Positions 25,778 to 34,187 of a DNA stretch of 37,641 nucleotides are shown here, in pieces. Under the pieces are notes generated by a model. It saw only the letters and a list, made by a program, of their open reading frames with translations. It was not told the origin of the DNA and made no database searches. The stretch is from a virus (taxonomy: Duplodnaviria; Heunggongvirae; Uroviricota; Caudoviricetes). The stretch lies in IMG/VR virus record IMGVR_UViG_3300012347_000366, positions 64,001 to 101,641 of that record; one strand, given 5' to 3'. Each line of letters opens with the position of its first letter. Position 1 is the stretch's first letter. Both the position numbers and the translations under genes were made by a program.

Positions 25778-26263
25778 TCAACTGTAAAAAATATGGTTTC
25801 CAATTACGGCCACCACCCGCTTTTTGCGATTCCAGCGTGGGTTTACTTGTTTTGTGTGGAAGTAAAGGGCTTTAAAGTCCGGCAACCTAACCGATCCAGT
25901 TAATACTGCGGCTGCAATATCCACTGCTGATTCCCAGGCTTTAACGTCCGTTACTCGTCTGCGAGATTCCAGTGTCCAAGAAAATTGACTGTGTGCATAA
26001 ACAACACCGCAAACAGTCTTGTTGAAAGTACCCGCAGCAACACGGTTTAATGTAACCTGTGCAACTGCAATCTGACCCTCAAACGGTTCACCTCGGGCTT
26101 CGTGGTATATGTTCTTGGCTAAGCAAAATATCTCTGCTTTGGGCACTTGTGTGATTGGAATTTGCTTAGCATATAAGTTTTGTGGGCGATTTACCCAGGC
26201 CGTCCCTAATGTTATAGTTGTCAATAGTGCTAGGGCCGCTATTCCGAGTTTTAATGTCTTCAT
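25778..26263 (-). CDS. Cell-wall hydrolase (SleB/Hydrolase_2 family)
   Basis: CLAKNIYHEARGE..GQIAVAQV.LNRV...SQFSW...IGNHIFY; N-terminal signal. Confidence 0.9.
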   Translation of the reverse strand: MKTLKLGIAALALLTTITLGTAWVNRPQNLYAKQIPITQVPKAEIFCLAKNIYHEARGEPFEGQIAVAQVTLNRVAAGTFNKTVCGVVYAHSQFSWTLESRRRVTDVKAWESAVDIAAAVLTGSVRLPDFKALYFHTKQVNPRWNRKKRVVAVIGNHIFYS

Positions 26264-26331
26264 TTAAGATCTCCATTATTGTGTCGAAACTCTGTTGTTC
26301 TAAGACAGTACCTTTGCCTGTATCAAGCTTT

Positions 26332-26586
26332 TCAGCTAGATGTTGTAGTAGAACTAGAATTTCGAAGCGTTTCATATTGTTGGGCAAGTTCATTTAATTG
26401 ACTTTGTAAGTTATTAGTAGCTTCATTGGCTCGCTGAACCGCATGGGATAGCTGTACGATAACATCAGCAGCTTTTATCATCAAACGATTGGGTGGATTG
26501 TTTACTTGGTAAGGGTCGTTGTCCCCATCTTGCACAGTATAACTATCTCCGTGCCGTAAACGTTGTACAAGCAGATTAATATCCAT
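26332..26586 (-). CDS. Hypothetical coiled-coil protein
   Basis: 84 aa after promoter 26618-26646. Confidence 0.55.
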   Translation of the reverse strand: MDINLLVQRLRHGDSYTVQDGDNDPYQVNNPPNRLMIKAADVIVQLSHAVQRANEATNNLQSQLNELAQQYETLRNSSSTTTSS

Positions 26587-26970
26587 AATTTTCTTTTAAA
26601 TTTATAGTCGAAGTTACATTATAACTCAAACAGTACTCCACGACAAGTCAAAATTTATATGATCTGCGCCAATACCACAAAAAATTTTGGCGTTGACGGA
26701 AAGCTACTTGGGTGCTATAATAAACCATCGAATATTATAGGTGTTTTATGACATTTAGCGAATACATTGCACGTCATGCTTACTACTCGTACTTAGAGTA
26801 TTGCAGACAAAACTATTTAAAACCTGAAGTAGACATTAAACTTACGGAGCCAAAGCTATGTGCATTGGTAAAATCTCCTGTTGACAAAACCGGTTAAATC
26901 ACTTATAATGAATGTTCGCCGACCCTATAAACCAGGGCCAAGTCAAATTGCCCGATACAAAGCTAACACA

Positions 26971-27444
26971 ATGCCTAAAACCGAAGACCTAACACAAACA
27001 CTAGAACATCAAACAGTATTTGGGGAATTTCCCACAAATGCTGATAGAGCAGCAATTAAACCAATTCCAGACAATGTACAAATCCCACCAGAAACAATTG
27101 CAGCAATCCAAAAACAGTTTGGTACAGCACTAAAGTTTGATGGTGAGAAGCTTCCACTTAACTTGCTTAGTACTGAAGCAATGAATCAAACAGCCGCAGT
27201 GCTAAAGTTTGGTGCACAAAAGTACGCAGAACACAACTGGCGCAAGGGCTTTGCCTGGAGCCGACCCTTAGCCGCAGCAATGCGACATATTACAGCTTTC
27301 AATAATGGTGAAGATCGTGACCCTGAATCGGGCCTATCGCACCTTGCTCACGCAGCCTGCTGTATTATGTTCCTTCTTGAATTTGAGAAAACCCACCAAC
27401 ACCTAGATGACCGATACAAACCAGATGTACAAGCGACTAACTAA
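26971..27444 (+). CDS. dATP/dGTP diphosphohydrolase (DUF5664-like)
   Basis: KFDGEKLPLNLL...VLKFGAQKYAEHNWRKG...AAMRHI...GEDRDPESGLSHLAHAACC. Confidence 0.85.
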   Translation: MPKTEDLTQTLEHQTVFGEFPTNADRAAIKPIPDNVQIPPETIAAIQKQFGTALKFDGEKLPLNLLSTEAMNQTAAVLKFGAQKYAEHNWRKGFAWSRPLAAAMRHITAFNNGEDRDPESGLSHLAHAACCIMFLLEFEKTHQHLDDRYKPDVQATN

Positions 27445-27640
27445 ACGCTTGTCAGGAACCCGTAAAACTCTCACAGAAGCCTGTCAAGACGCAGGCATTG
27501 ATATTGAAGATATAGACGACTACCTACTAGAAGAATACTGTAAAGAATGTTCACATTGCGGTATTTGGGGTACTGACCACAAAACTGATAGTGATGAGTT
27601 TCCTGTGTGCCGAATCTGCTTTGGCTTAGTAGGCCGATAA
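27407..27640 (+). CDS. Small Zn-binding protein
   Basis: CSHCGIW...CRIC. Confidence 0.6.
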   Translation: MTDTNQMYKRLTKRLSGTRKTLTEACQDAGIDIEDIDDYLLEEYCKECSHCGIWGTDHKTDSDEFPVCRICFGLVGR

Positions 27641-27684
27641 ATTTATATTTGATTGTGTGAGTTAGTTTTGTTATAATTGTGGCT

Positions 27685-28692
27685 ATGACATATTTTAATC
27701 AAACTATCAATCGCGTTGGCTTTGCCTGCAAAATTCAATCTGACCATGATACAGCTAATTCAGACCTGAATACCAAGTCTACAACTATCAGCTATCTTGC
27801 TCGTCAGACTCCGGACGCTGCTCGTGCCAAGCTGTGGGGTTTGCTTGACCACAATCTTAATGCGTTCTATCGTCAGCTTAAATATGTTGCTAAACTGCCG
27901 CACAATCAGCGTATGTTTCGTATCACATCAGACTTGCTGCCAGCGTATACTCATGATGACTATATGCCGTTTTATTTCCAGTCTGATGTTGTTGCCAAGA
28001 TTGAAGCTCACCTGAGTATGTGTGGCGAGTTTGCTCGTCTTCACGATATTCGCCTTAGCTTCCACCCAGGTCAGTTTTGCGTGCTTGCATCAGAAAATCC
28101 TGGCGTTGTTGAGAATTCAATTACCGAGTTCGAGTATCATGCAGACTTGATTCGTTATATGGGTTACGGCCAGAAGTTTCAAGACTTCAAGTGCAATGTG
28201 CACGTTGGCGGTAAGCTAGGCCCCAATGGTATCAAAGCTGCCATGCGTAGACTCTCACCCGAAGCACGCAACACCCTAACAATCGAAAATGCCGAGTTCA
28301 CCTGGGGTCTTGATGCCTCTCTAGAACTGGTAGATACCTGTGCACTTGTTCTTGACATTCATCATCACTGGATTAATTCAGGTGAGTACATTGAACCTAC
28401 AGATCCTCGTTTCAAGCGTGTTGTAGACTCGTGGCGCGGTGTACGTCCAGTGATTCACTATAGTGTTAGCCGCGAAGATTGCTTGGTTGACCACGACCCA
28501 ACCGTTCGACCAGACCTTAAGGCGCTAAAGTCTAGCGGTTTTACAGCTGCTAAATTACGTGCTCACAGTGACTACTACTGGAATTCAGCAGTAAATGACT
28601 GGGCCTTGACATTTAGTCCATTTGCCGATATAATGTGTGAATCAAAACAAAAAAATCTGGCAAGCACACAGCTTGTTAAACAATGCACTTAA
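27685..28692 (+). CDS. uvsE: UV-damage endonuclease (UvsE/UVDE)
   Basis: FRITSDLLP, RLSFHPGQF, EFEYHAD, NVHVGG, LTIEN, VLDIHHHW, HYSVSR, RAHSD motifs. Confidence 0.9.
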   Translation: MTYFNQTINRVGFACKIQSDHDTANSDLNTKSTTISYLARQTPDAARAKLWGLLDHNLNAFYRQLKYVAKLPHNQRMFRITSDLLPAYTHDDYMPFYFQSDVVAKIEAHLSMCGEFARLHDIRLSFHPGQFCVLASENPGVVENSITEFEYHADLIRYMGYGQKFQDFKCNVHVGGKLGPNGIKAAMRRLSPEARNTLTIENAEFTWGLDASLELVDTCALVLDIHHHWINSGEYIEPTDPRFKRVVDSWRGVRPVIHYSVSREDCLVDHDPTVRPDLKALKSSGFTAAKLRAHSDYYWNSAVNDWALTFSPFADIMCESKQKNLASTQLVKQCT

Positions 28693-28871
28693 CAACACTC
28701 GAACAATATGACAAAGCTACGGCTAGTTACTATGCAGAGTGCAATGCTGGAACCAGACGCAGCGCAATAATTACGGCTGTTAAACAGCCACATCGACCTA
28801 GCATACTCAAAAACTACACAGAAGGTATTCACCCAATGCCTTATTCAAACAGCTACTTAAATTCAAACAAA

Positions 28872-29312
28872 ATGACTAATAACACACCATTTGCAGCTGG
28901 CACTAAAAATGATTCGATCTTCAAGACTTCAGCACCTTATGCCAACCAATATCAAGGCCAAGCTCCTCGCTGGTTATTTGTTTGCAGTGCTGGACTACTT
29001 CGCAGTCCTACTGGTGCTGCTTTGGCCGTTCAGCGTGGTATTAATGCTCGCAGTTGTGGATCAAACTTTAACTATGCGCTAGTACCTTGCTCGGCCAACT
29101 TGATTAACTGGGCTGAAAAGATTGTGTTCGTTAATCGTGAAAACCTGTGGCAATTGGAAGATAACTTCCTGGGCCATAAGGAACTGCTGAAACAAATTGA
29201 GCAAAAACAAATTGTGCTTGATATTCCAGACAACTACGAGTACATGGAGCGTGGTTTGGTCAAACACTTTGAAACCGAACTGTTTGATGTATACGGCCCA
29301 GTAACCAAATAA
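28872..29312 (+). CDS. Low-molecular-weight phosphatase-like protein
   Basis: LFVCSAGLLRSPT (CX5R P-loop), LDIPDNY; start uncertain (28836 or 28872). Confidence 0.75.
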   Translation: MTNNTPFAAGTKNDSIFKTSAPYANQYQGQAPRWLFVCSAGLLRSPTGAALAVQRGINARSCGSNFNYALVPCSANLINWAEKIVFVNRENLWQLEDNFLGHKELLKQIEQKQIVLDIPDNYEYMERGLVKHFETELFDVYGPVTK

Positions 29313-29318
29313 ACATAG

Positions 29319-29394
29319 CCGTCTGTGGTCTAATGGATAAGACAAGGGTCTTCTACACCCTTAGATGTGGGTTCGATTCCTGCCAGACGGGCCA
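29319..29394 (+). tRNA. tRNA-Arg(TCT)
   Basis: Full cloverleaf, loop CTTCTAC, TTCGATT, encoded CCA. Confidence 0.95.
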
Positions 29395-29456
29395 AATTTT
29401 AATCTTGATTGATTGCCTGAATCGGCTTATAATATAGGCTGATTTGGAGAATTAAT

Positions 29457-29741
29457 ATGCTATACATTGTTTATTGTGAATCGGCCAACTATTGTGGCTA
29501 CGGTCAACATTTTGTTGTTGAAGCCCAAGACGAAGCTGAGGCAGAAGATTTGGTTCTAGAGCCTTCAGAAGAATACTTTTGCGAACAAGACCGAGACCAG
29601 CTTGAAGAAGAAGACCATGACCTAGAAGGCATGACTTTTGCCACTACTATATCTGTTGAACCTTTTGGCCCTGAACACAAATCTTGGGAATTTTACCAAG
29701 ACCCTGGCCAAGCAGAGTTTTATATCAAGGTGAATCTATGA
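29457..29741 (+). CDS. Highly acidic hypothetical protein
   Basis: 94 aa, about a quarter Asp/Glu; own promoter and GGAG SD. Confidence 0.75.
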   Translation: MLYIVYCESANYCGYGQHFVVEAQDEAEAEDLVLEPSEEYFCEQDRDQLEEEDHDLEGMTFATTISVEPFGPEHKSWEFYQDPGQAEFYIKVNL

Positions 29742-29911
29742 ACAAAACAGTATATGTTGTAACAGGCCTTGAGCTAGGCTGGGATTGTGTTGTTGGTGTT
29801 TTCGAAGATGTAGATACTGACGAACTGCGCAAATGCTTTCCAGAAGGCCAGTACGCTATTCACGAACAGACCATTGAGTCCAATCTTACTGGTTGGAGTG
29901 AAGATGAGTAA
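29738..29911 (+). CDS. Hypothetical protein
   Basis: MNKTVYVVTGLELGWDCVVGVF, ATGA-coupled. Confidence 0.6.
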   Translation: MNKTVYVVTGLELGWDCVVGVFEDVDTDELRKCFPEGQYAIHEQTIESNLTGWSEDE

Positions 29912-30233
29912 GTACACACCAGATGTTTGGGTAGTTTTAGAATTTGACGCCCCACAACTTGAGCGACCACTACGCAAAGTTTTTGCAGGCTGGTACGGTG
30001 GTTTTGCTGGGTCGAACTCCTGGAAACTTAATTCCGGTATTACTGAAGTACGTCTAGTAGATGGCTGGTGGGAGTTTGATGGGTATTCAGGTAGCACATA
30101 TCGCTGTCATCCTGACAATTACCACATGAGTTCGCTAATGCAAGGTGTCTACTCAAACTGGCTAAAACAAGCTGAAGAGCGTGGTGATACTCAGATCAGA
30201 ATTTTAACATTTGACGAAGCCACTGTTTATTGA
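29904..30233 (+). CDS. Conserved phage hypothetical protein
   Basis: YTPD.WVV...KVFAGWYGG..GS.SWKLNSGI...F.GYSGS.Y.C motif. Confidence 0.8.
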   Translation: MSKYTPDVWVVLEFDAPQLERPLRKVFAGWYGGFAGSNSWKLNSGITEVRLVDGWWEFDGYSGSTYRCHPDNYHMSSLMQGVYSNWLKQAEERGDTQIRILTFDEATVY

Positions 30234-30260
30234 TATAATATAGGCTGATTTGGAGATATT

Positions 30261-30461
30261 ATGGCAGGCTATTCACGCGACTTTTTAATCGGTGCCTTCA
30301 TGAGCCGTTATATTCATTGCACGAAAATTACCATCGAGCAACTGGTACGGCTAGAACAAATGGCAAATGATCTTTATGATCGAGTAGGTCGCGATAGCTT
30401 TCGTAGTTATGCCAGCTTAGATGCTGATGCAATCCGAGTCTATAAAAACACAGTTGACTGA
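30261..30461 (+). CDS. Hypothetical protein
   Basis: Promoter + GGAG SD. Confidence 0.7.
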   Translation: MAGYSRDFLIGAFMSRYIHCTKITIEQLVRLEQMANDLYDRVGRDSFRSYASLDADAIRVYKNTVD

Positions 30462-30502
30462 TCGTGGTTTATACTGTATAATTTGTTCTTTAAAGGGAAG
30501 TT

Positions 30503-30790
30503 ATGGCAGTCAAGTTCACATACACAGAAACCGAAACACAAGAAATTGTAGCAAAGTATCAAGCTGGTGTAGAACTTGAAGTGCTTGCCAAAGACTATAA
30601 CAAAAGCGTACCTAGTGTGCGTATGAAACTGGTAAAGCTGGGTGTATACCAAAAGGCAACTACCAAAGCTTCTAGCAAGCCTGCTGATACCGTTGTTGTA
30701 GAAAAGTCAGGCGAATTTCCCAAAACTAAGTCAGGCGTACTTGCCTACTACAAATCGTGTGTTGGCAAAGTTGGCTACAGCGATTTTTAA
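30503..30790 (+). CDS. A2-like N-terminal HTH protein, paralog 5
   Basis: FTYTETETQEIVAKYQAG...KSVPSVRMKLVKLGVYQK aligns with the first half of the other paralogs. Confidence 0.7.
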   Translation: MAVKFTYTETETQEIVAKYQAGVELEVLAKDYNKSVPSVRMKLVKLGVYQKATTKASSKPADTVVVEKSGEFPKTKSGVLAYYKSCVGKVGYSDF

Positions 30791-30897
30791 AATTATGGCT
30801 CCCGCAAGGGAGACCATATAAAAACACATACTGTTCCGCCCTCTAGTAAGGGAGATAGCGACTAGCGTTGAAGGACGGTTTAAATGTGTTTTTATAT

Positions 30898-31061
30898 GGA
30901 TCGGTAGCTTAACATGGTTAAAGCACAAAGCCGGCATACTTCCCTCTCACTCAAGACTCTCCTCTGCCGCAAGCACGAAGTTACTAGTGGCCTGAATTCG
31001 AATACATGGTTTTGGGAAGTATAATTTATGGAAGCAGGTTCGAGCCCTGCCCGATCCACCA
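30898..31061 (+). ncRNA. 164-nt tRNA-like RNA with large insert replacing the anticodon loop
   Basis: Acceptor GGATCGG/CCGATCC+A+CCA, D-stem GCTT/AAGC, T-arm GCAGG-TTCGAGC-CCTGC; insert bounded by ATACTTCCC/GGGAAGTAT. Confidence 0.8.
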
Positions 31062-31171
31062 TATTTAAACTTACTATAGTTTGTAAAACCAACGAGTGCT
31101 AATCCTCGCGCAGACTTTTAGTCTAGTGTCATTGCGTGCCGGTAGTTGGGCTTTAGTAAGTTTAAATATGG
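31059..31171 (+). ncRNA. Stem-enclosed candidate ncRNA
   Basis: Perfect 18-bp closing stem CCATATTTAAACTTACTA/TAGTAAGTTTAAATATGG. Confidence 0.55.
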
Positions 31172-31242
31172 CTTTAAAAATTTATACTTGTTTTTGTTTT
31201 ATAAATCAAGTATAATTGTTATTCTTTCAAACAAAGGCAACC

Positions 31243-31383
31243 ATGCGAGTTTTTACCAAAATTGACGGAAAGATTGCTGTATGGCAATTTGAAGGCAACG
31301 ATTACGCAGAAGCCATTAAACTGGTTAGCGGCGAATTAAGTGTTCAACATCGCGGCGCTGTGTTAGCCCTTGTAAAATATTGA
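31243..31383 (+). CDS. Hypothetical 46-aa protein
   Basis: Promoter, AAAGG SD. Confidence 0.55.
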   Translation: MRVFTKIDGKIAVWQFEGNDYAEAIKLVSGELSVQHRGAVLALVKY

Positions 31384-31658
31384 CTTGATTGTGTAGCTTA
31401 AATGCTGTATAATTAAATCTTATTCAACGATAGTACTGTTCTTGACAAAGGCTACGTTGATAGACCAGAACAATGCGAGCCGTAGTAGCCAATCAAGATA
31501 TTGCTTTAAGTAGCAGAACCTAAGGTGAGGCAGAAGCACTGGTTGGAACCTCAGATCAGCAGCTCTGAGTTATCAAAAAGCTAACGATTTCTTGTTGCAC
31601 TGGACAGAGTTACGTACTCCAGTAAATTTTGTTAGTTTGTTTCAATAAACTAACACAT

Positions 31659-31732
31659 CTCGGTGTAGTGAAATGGCATCACCCGTGCTTTGGGAGCATG
31701 AAGCGCAAGTTCGATTCTTGCCATCGAGACCA
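31659..31732 (+). tRNA. tRNA-Pro(TGG)
   Basis: Cloverleaf, loop TTTGGGA, CCA. Confidence 0.95.
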
Positions 31733-31917
31733 TATTGTTGTGACCTTTGCTAGATTCCGGTTCAGTCGCGGAGCTTTACAAGAAGAATTGGCCTTGCTTT
31801 CTAGATAAGCATTGTCTATACCTTGAATTTAGTAAATAGCAAGAAGTAATTGATCTATGTAAAACTAAGTCGATGCCTTAGCGGGCATGGTAGTAAACAA
31901 AGGTTACAACAATATGG
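31730..31917 (+). ncRNA. Stem-enclosed candidate ncRNA
   Basis: 20-bp closing stem 31730-31749/31898-31917 with one G.U. Confidence 0.5.
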
Positions 31918-32102
31918 TAATTAAGTCTATCTCAATAGTTCAAAGTCTATACGCAGACCACATGAAGAAAACATCTTATATAACATATAAAGATACTAAA
32001 GGTCATGAAATAGTCAGACAAGTTGTTGAGCAGTCTGTTACTTACAGTAAGTTCCCTGTGGCTGGAAACGGCAAGGGCTTATATGTAGATTTAGTAGTAT
32101 AA
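31914..32102 (+). CDS. Hypothetical protein
   Basis: 62-aa ORF ending just before tRNA-Leu. Confidence 0.45.
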   Translation: MVIKSISIVQSLYADHMKKTSYITYKDTKGHEIVRQVVEQSVTYSKFPVAGNGKGLYVDLVV

Positions 32103-32103
32103 T

Positions 32104-32187
32104 GCGTCAGTGGTGGAATGGTATACACGTTGGTCTTAGAAGCCAATGCCGAAAGGATTGAGAGTTCGAGTCTCTCTTGACGCACCA
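32104..32187 (+). tRNA. tRNA-Leu(TAG)
   Basis: Class II cloverleaf, loop CTTAGAA, CCA. Confidence 0.95.
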
Positions 32188-32300
32188 CAATTTAGAGATA
32201 GCGAGGTTCCATTCATGAGAACTAGCGATAAGAACAAACCCAGCGGCGTAGTCTGACTACGTATTTAAACGTTCGCTAATGGTCTTCTCTGAACTAATTT

Positions 32301-32376
32301 GGGGGATTAGCTCAGCTGGGAGAGCGGCTGCTTTGCAAGCAGTAGGTCGCAGGTTCGAACCCTGTATCCTCCACCA
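32301..32376 (+). tRNA. tRNA-Ala(TGC)
   Basis: G3.U70, loop TTTGCAA, CCA. Confidence 0.97.
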
Positions 32377-32761
32377 AAAACTAATATGACTTCTTTAAAA
32401 ATTACTCCACGATATATAGACAATCTCTGGTATCCAATCCTTGTTAAACTAGGTGGCGGGTATAAGATTGTTGAAATGCAAGGTAAAGAAGTCAACGAAT
32501 ATAACAGAAAAGTTTATGAAATCACCAGTAGTCAGAGCTGGCAATGTTAAATGCCGTGGCAAAAAGACAAAACTAATGTCTTGTTTTTGCTGTATGATGA
32601 TTGATTTTAGATGGGACTATAAGTTCCGCAAAGCCAAAGAAGAATTTTATGAAAACACGAAAACCTAGGAACCACGTTGCCTTAGCTTTGATGAAGCGTG
32701 GCGGCAGTGGTTCACATCAAAAAAGCCACAAGCAGCTTCGTGGCCAATGGAAGCGCAATAT

Positions 32762-32836
32762 GGACGTATAACTTAACGGCTAAAGTAGTGGGCTTTTAAC
32801 CTACAAATCAGAGTTCGATTCTCTGTGCGTCTACCA
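32762..32836 (+). tRNA. tRNA-Lys(TTT)
   Basis: Loop CTTTTAA; anticodon stem GTGGG/CCTAC; CCA. Confidence 0.95.
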
Positions 32837-32913
32837 TATTTAAACACACTCGTCATTGTCGGATGATAGAGGGGAGACCGAACATCTTGCCCGCGTAGTG
32901 TGTTTAAATATGG
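32834..32913 (+). ncRNA. Stem-enclosed candidate ncRNA
   Basis: Perfect 17-bp closing stem around a 46-nt core. Confidence 0.55.
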
Positions 32914-32920
32914 TATTAGC

Positions 32921-33018
32921 GAATAATATAGATACTTCACTCACCAAAACTCCGAGTACCGCAGGAAGGCTGCAAGCAGGGTTCGACTCCCAGGGCAATA
33001 CACTATATTAACTTATTC
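32921..33018 (+). ncRNA. Y-RNA-like element with T-loop
   Basis: Terminal stems GAATA/TATTC and AATATAG/CTATATT, GATACTTC motif, GGG-TTCGACT-CCC T-arm. Confidence 0.55.
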
Positions 33019-33033
33019 TATACAATTTTTTAC

Positions 33034-33125
33034 GGCTCTATAGTTTAATGGTAAAACGGCGGATTTATATCCCGTAAGCAACAGATAATTGGTTCATCTG
33101 GGTTCGAGTCCCGGTGGAGCTACCA
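33034..33125 (+). tRNA. tRNA-Ile(TAT) with long variable arm
   Basis: Cloverleaf ends and CCA; loop TTTATAT; about 22-nt variable region. Confidence 0.8.
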
Positions 33126-33130
33126 AATAC

Positions 33131-33217
33131 GGAAGATGTGTCGCAAGGTGCGACAGAGGCTTGCTAAGCCTTCGTTCAGAAATGGGCTGATAGGTTCGAT
33201 TCCTATATCTTCCGCCA
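33131..33217 (+). tRNA. tRNA-Ser(GCT)
   Basis: Class II, loop TTGCTAA, G73, CCA. Confidence 0.95.
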
Positions 33218-33223
33218 GATTAC

Positions 33224-33297
33224 GGTGTTTCTAGTGTAGTGGCAGCACTGCTGTCTGTGAAACAGTAAGCCAGGGTTCGATTCCCGGATTCACCCCA
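33224..33297 (+). tRNA. tRNA-His(GTG)
   Basis: G-1/C73, loop CTGTGAA; two U.U mismatches in acceptor. Confidence 0.85.
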
Positions 33298-33298
33298 T

Positions 33299-33374
33299 GC
33301 CGATGTAGCTCAGGTGGTAGAGCAGCGGATTGAAAATCCGTGTGTCACTGGTTCAACCCCAGTCTTCGGCACCA
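33299..33374 (+). tRNA. tRNA-Phe(GAA)
   Basis: Loop TTGAAAA, CCA. Confidence 0.95.
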
Positions 33375-33376
33375 AG

Positions 33377-33507
33377 TATTTATAAGTTTGACCCTAAGTT
33401 GGAGTGATTCTCCAATCCTTTACAAACGGCTTAATCACCCTAGTAGTTATATAGGCTACGCTATTCCCCCGAAAGCGAACCGTAGTTTGGGGTTAAACTT
33501 ATAAATA
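33377..33507 (+). ncRNA. Stem-enclosed candidate ncRNA with pseudoknot
   Basis: About 22-bp closing stem; inner TTGGAG/CTCCAA hairpin whose loop complements AATCAC at 33433. Confidence 0.55.
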
Positions 33508-33556
33508 TAGACTTGATTGTACAGCCTATTTGTTGTATAATTATTCTTTAAATACC

Positions 33557-33631
33557 ACTGCTATCGTCTATCGGTTAGGACACCGGGTTTTCAACCCGAT
33601 AAGAGGGGTTCGATTCCCCTTAGCAGTACCA
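33557..33631 (+). tRNA. tRNA-Glu(TTC)
   Basis: Loop TTTTCAA, CCA. Confidence 0.93.
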
Positions 33632-33636
33632 CACAC

Positions 33637-33711
33637 GCTGGGGTAGCTCAGCGGCAGAGCACTCGCTTGATAAGCGATAGGTCGAGGTCTCGGAATCCTC
33701 CCTCAGTACCA
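33637..33711 (+). tRNA. tRNA-Ile(GAT)
   Basis: Loop TTGATAA; non-canonical T-loop; CCA. Confidence 0.88.
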
Positions 33712-33811
33712 AATAACTTCTCCCGAAGTTACAGTCAGAACACGAGGACTATAAACGATGTGGAAGTGGGTGGAAGCCCCACACCTTTACACACACAACA
33801 CGGAGACTATA

Positions 33812-34042
33812 ATGTCCAAATCACCTTTTGAAATTCGTCTTGAAATCCTCAAGATGACCGCAGAGCTTATGCAAGCTGAGTATGAATCCAACATGGAGTT
33901 CATTACCGAAATGCAAGAAAACCTGGCTGACAAGGGTATGAACACCCAGGCTATGATTGAAAAATTCATGCCCAAGCCTTTTGACTTCCAAGAAATGCTG
34001 GAAAAGTCAAAGAAGTTTTACGAGTTTGTAAATGCTAAGTGA
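33812..34042 (+). CDS. Conserved phage hypothetical protein
   Basis: GGAG SD; SPFEIRLEILKM...KFYEFV motif. Confidence 0.75.
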   Translation: MSKSPFEIRLEILKMTAELMQAEYESNMEFITEMQENLADKGMNTQAMIEKFMPKPFDFQEMLEKSKKFYEFVNAK

Positions 34043-34046
34043 TTTA

Positions 34047-34187
34047 ATGAAGAAACTTCAGGATGTGTTTAGACCATACACATTTGAAGATTTTATTCAA
34101 GATCAAAACCCACAAACTTGGTCAGAATTAAAAGAACTAGAGCGTACTTGGTATCGTGCCAAGGACGACTTTAAGAAAATGTATTAA
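34047..34187 (+). CDS. Hypothetical 46-aa protein
   Basis: Q...EDFI..QNPQTWSELKELER.W. Confidence 0.55.
   Translation: MKKLQDVFRPYTFEDFIQDQNPQTWSELKELERTWYRAKDDFKKMY

Noticed and set aside
26166-26393. 75-aa ORF overlapping the cell-wall hydrolase and its upstream gene
   Set aside because: Extensive overlap with two better-supported ORFs; cannot be resolved from sequence alone
30936-31022. Group I intron in a tRNA anticodon loop
   Set aside because: About 87 nt is far too short and no P7 or catalytic core is recognisable; removing it does not restore a canonical U33 anticodon loop
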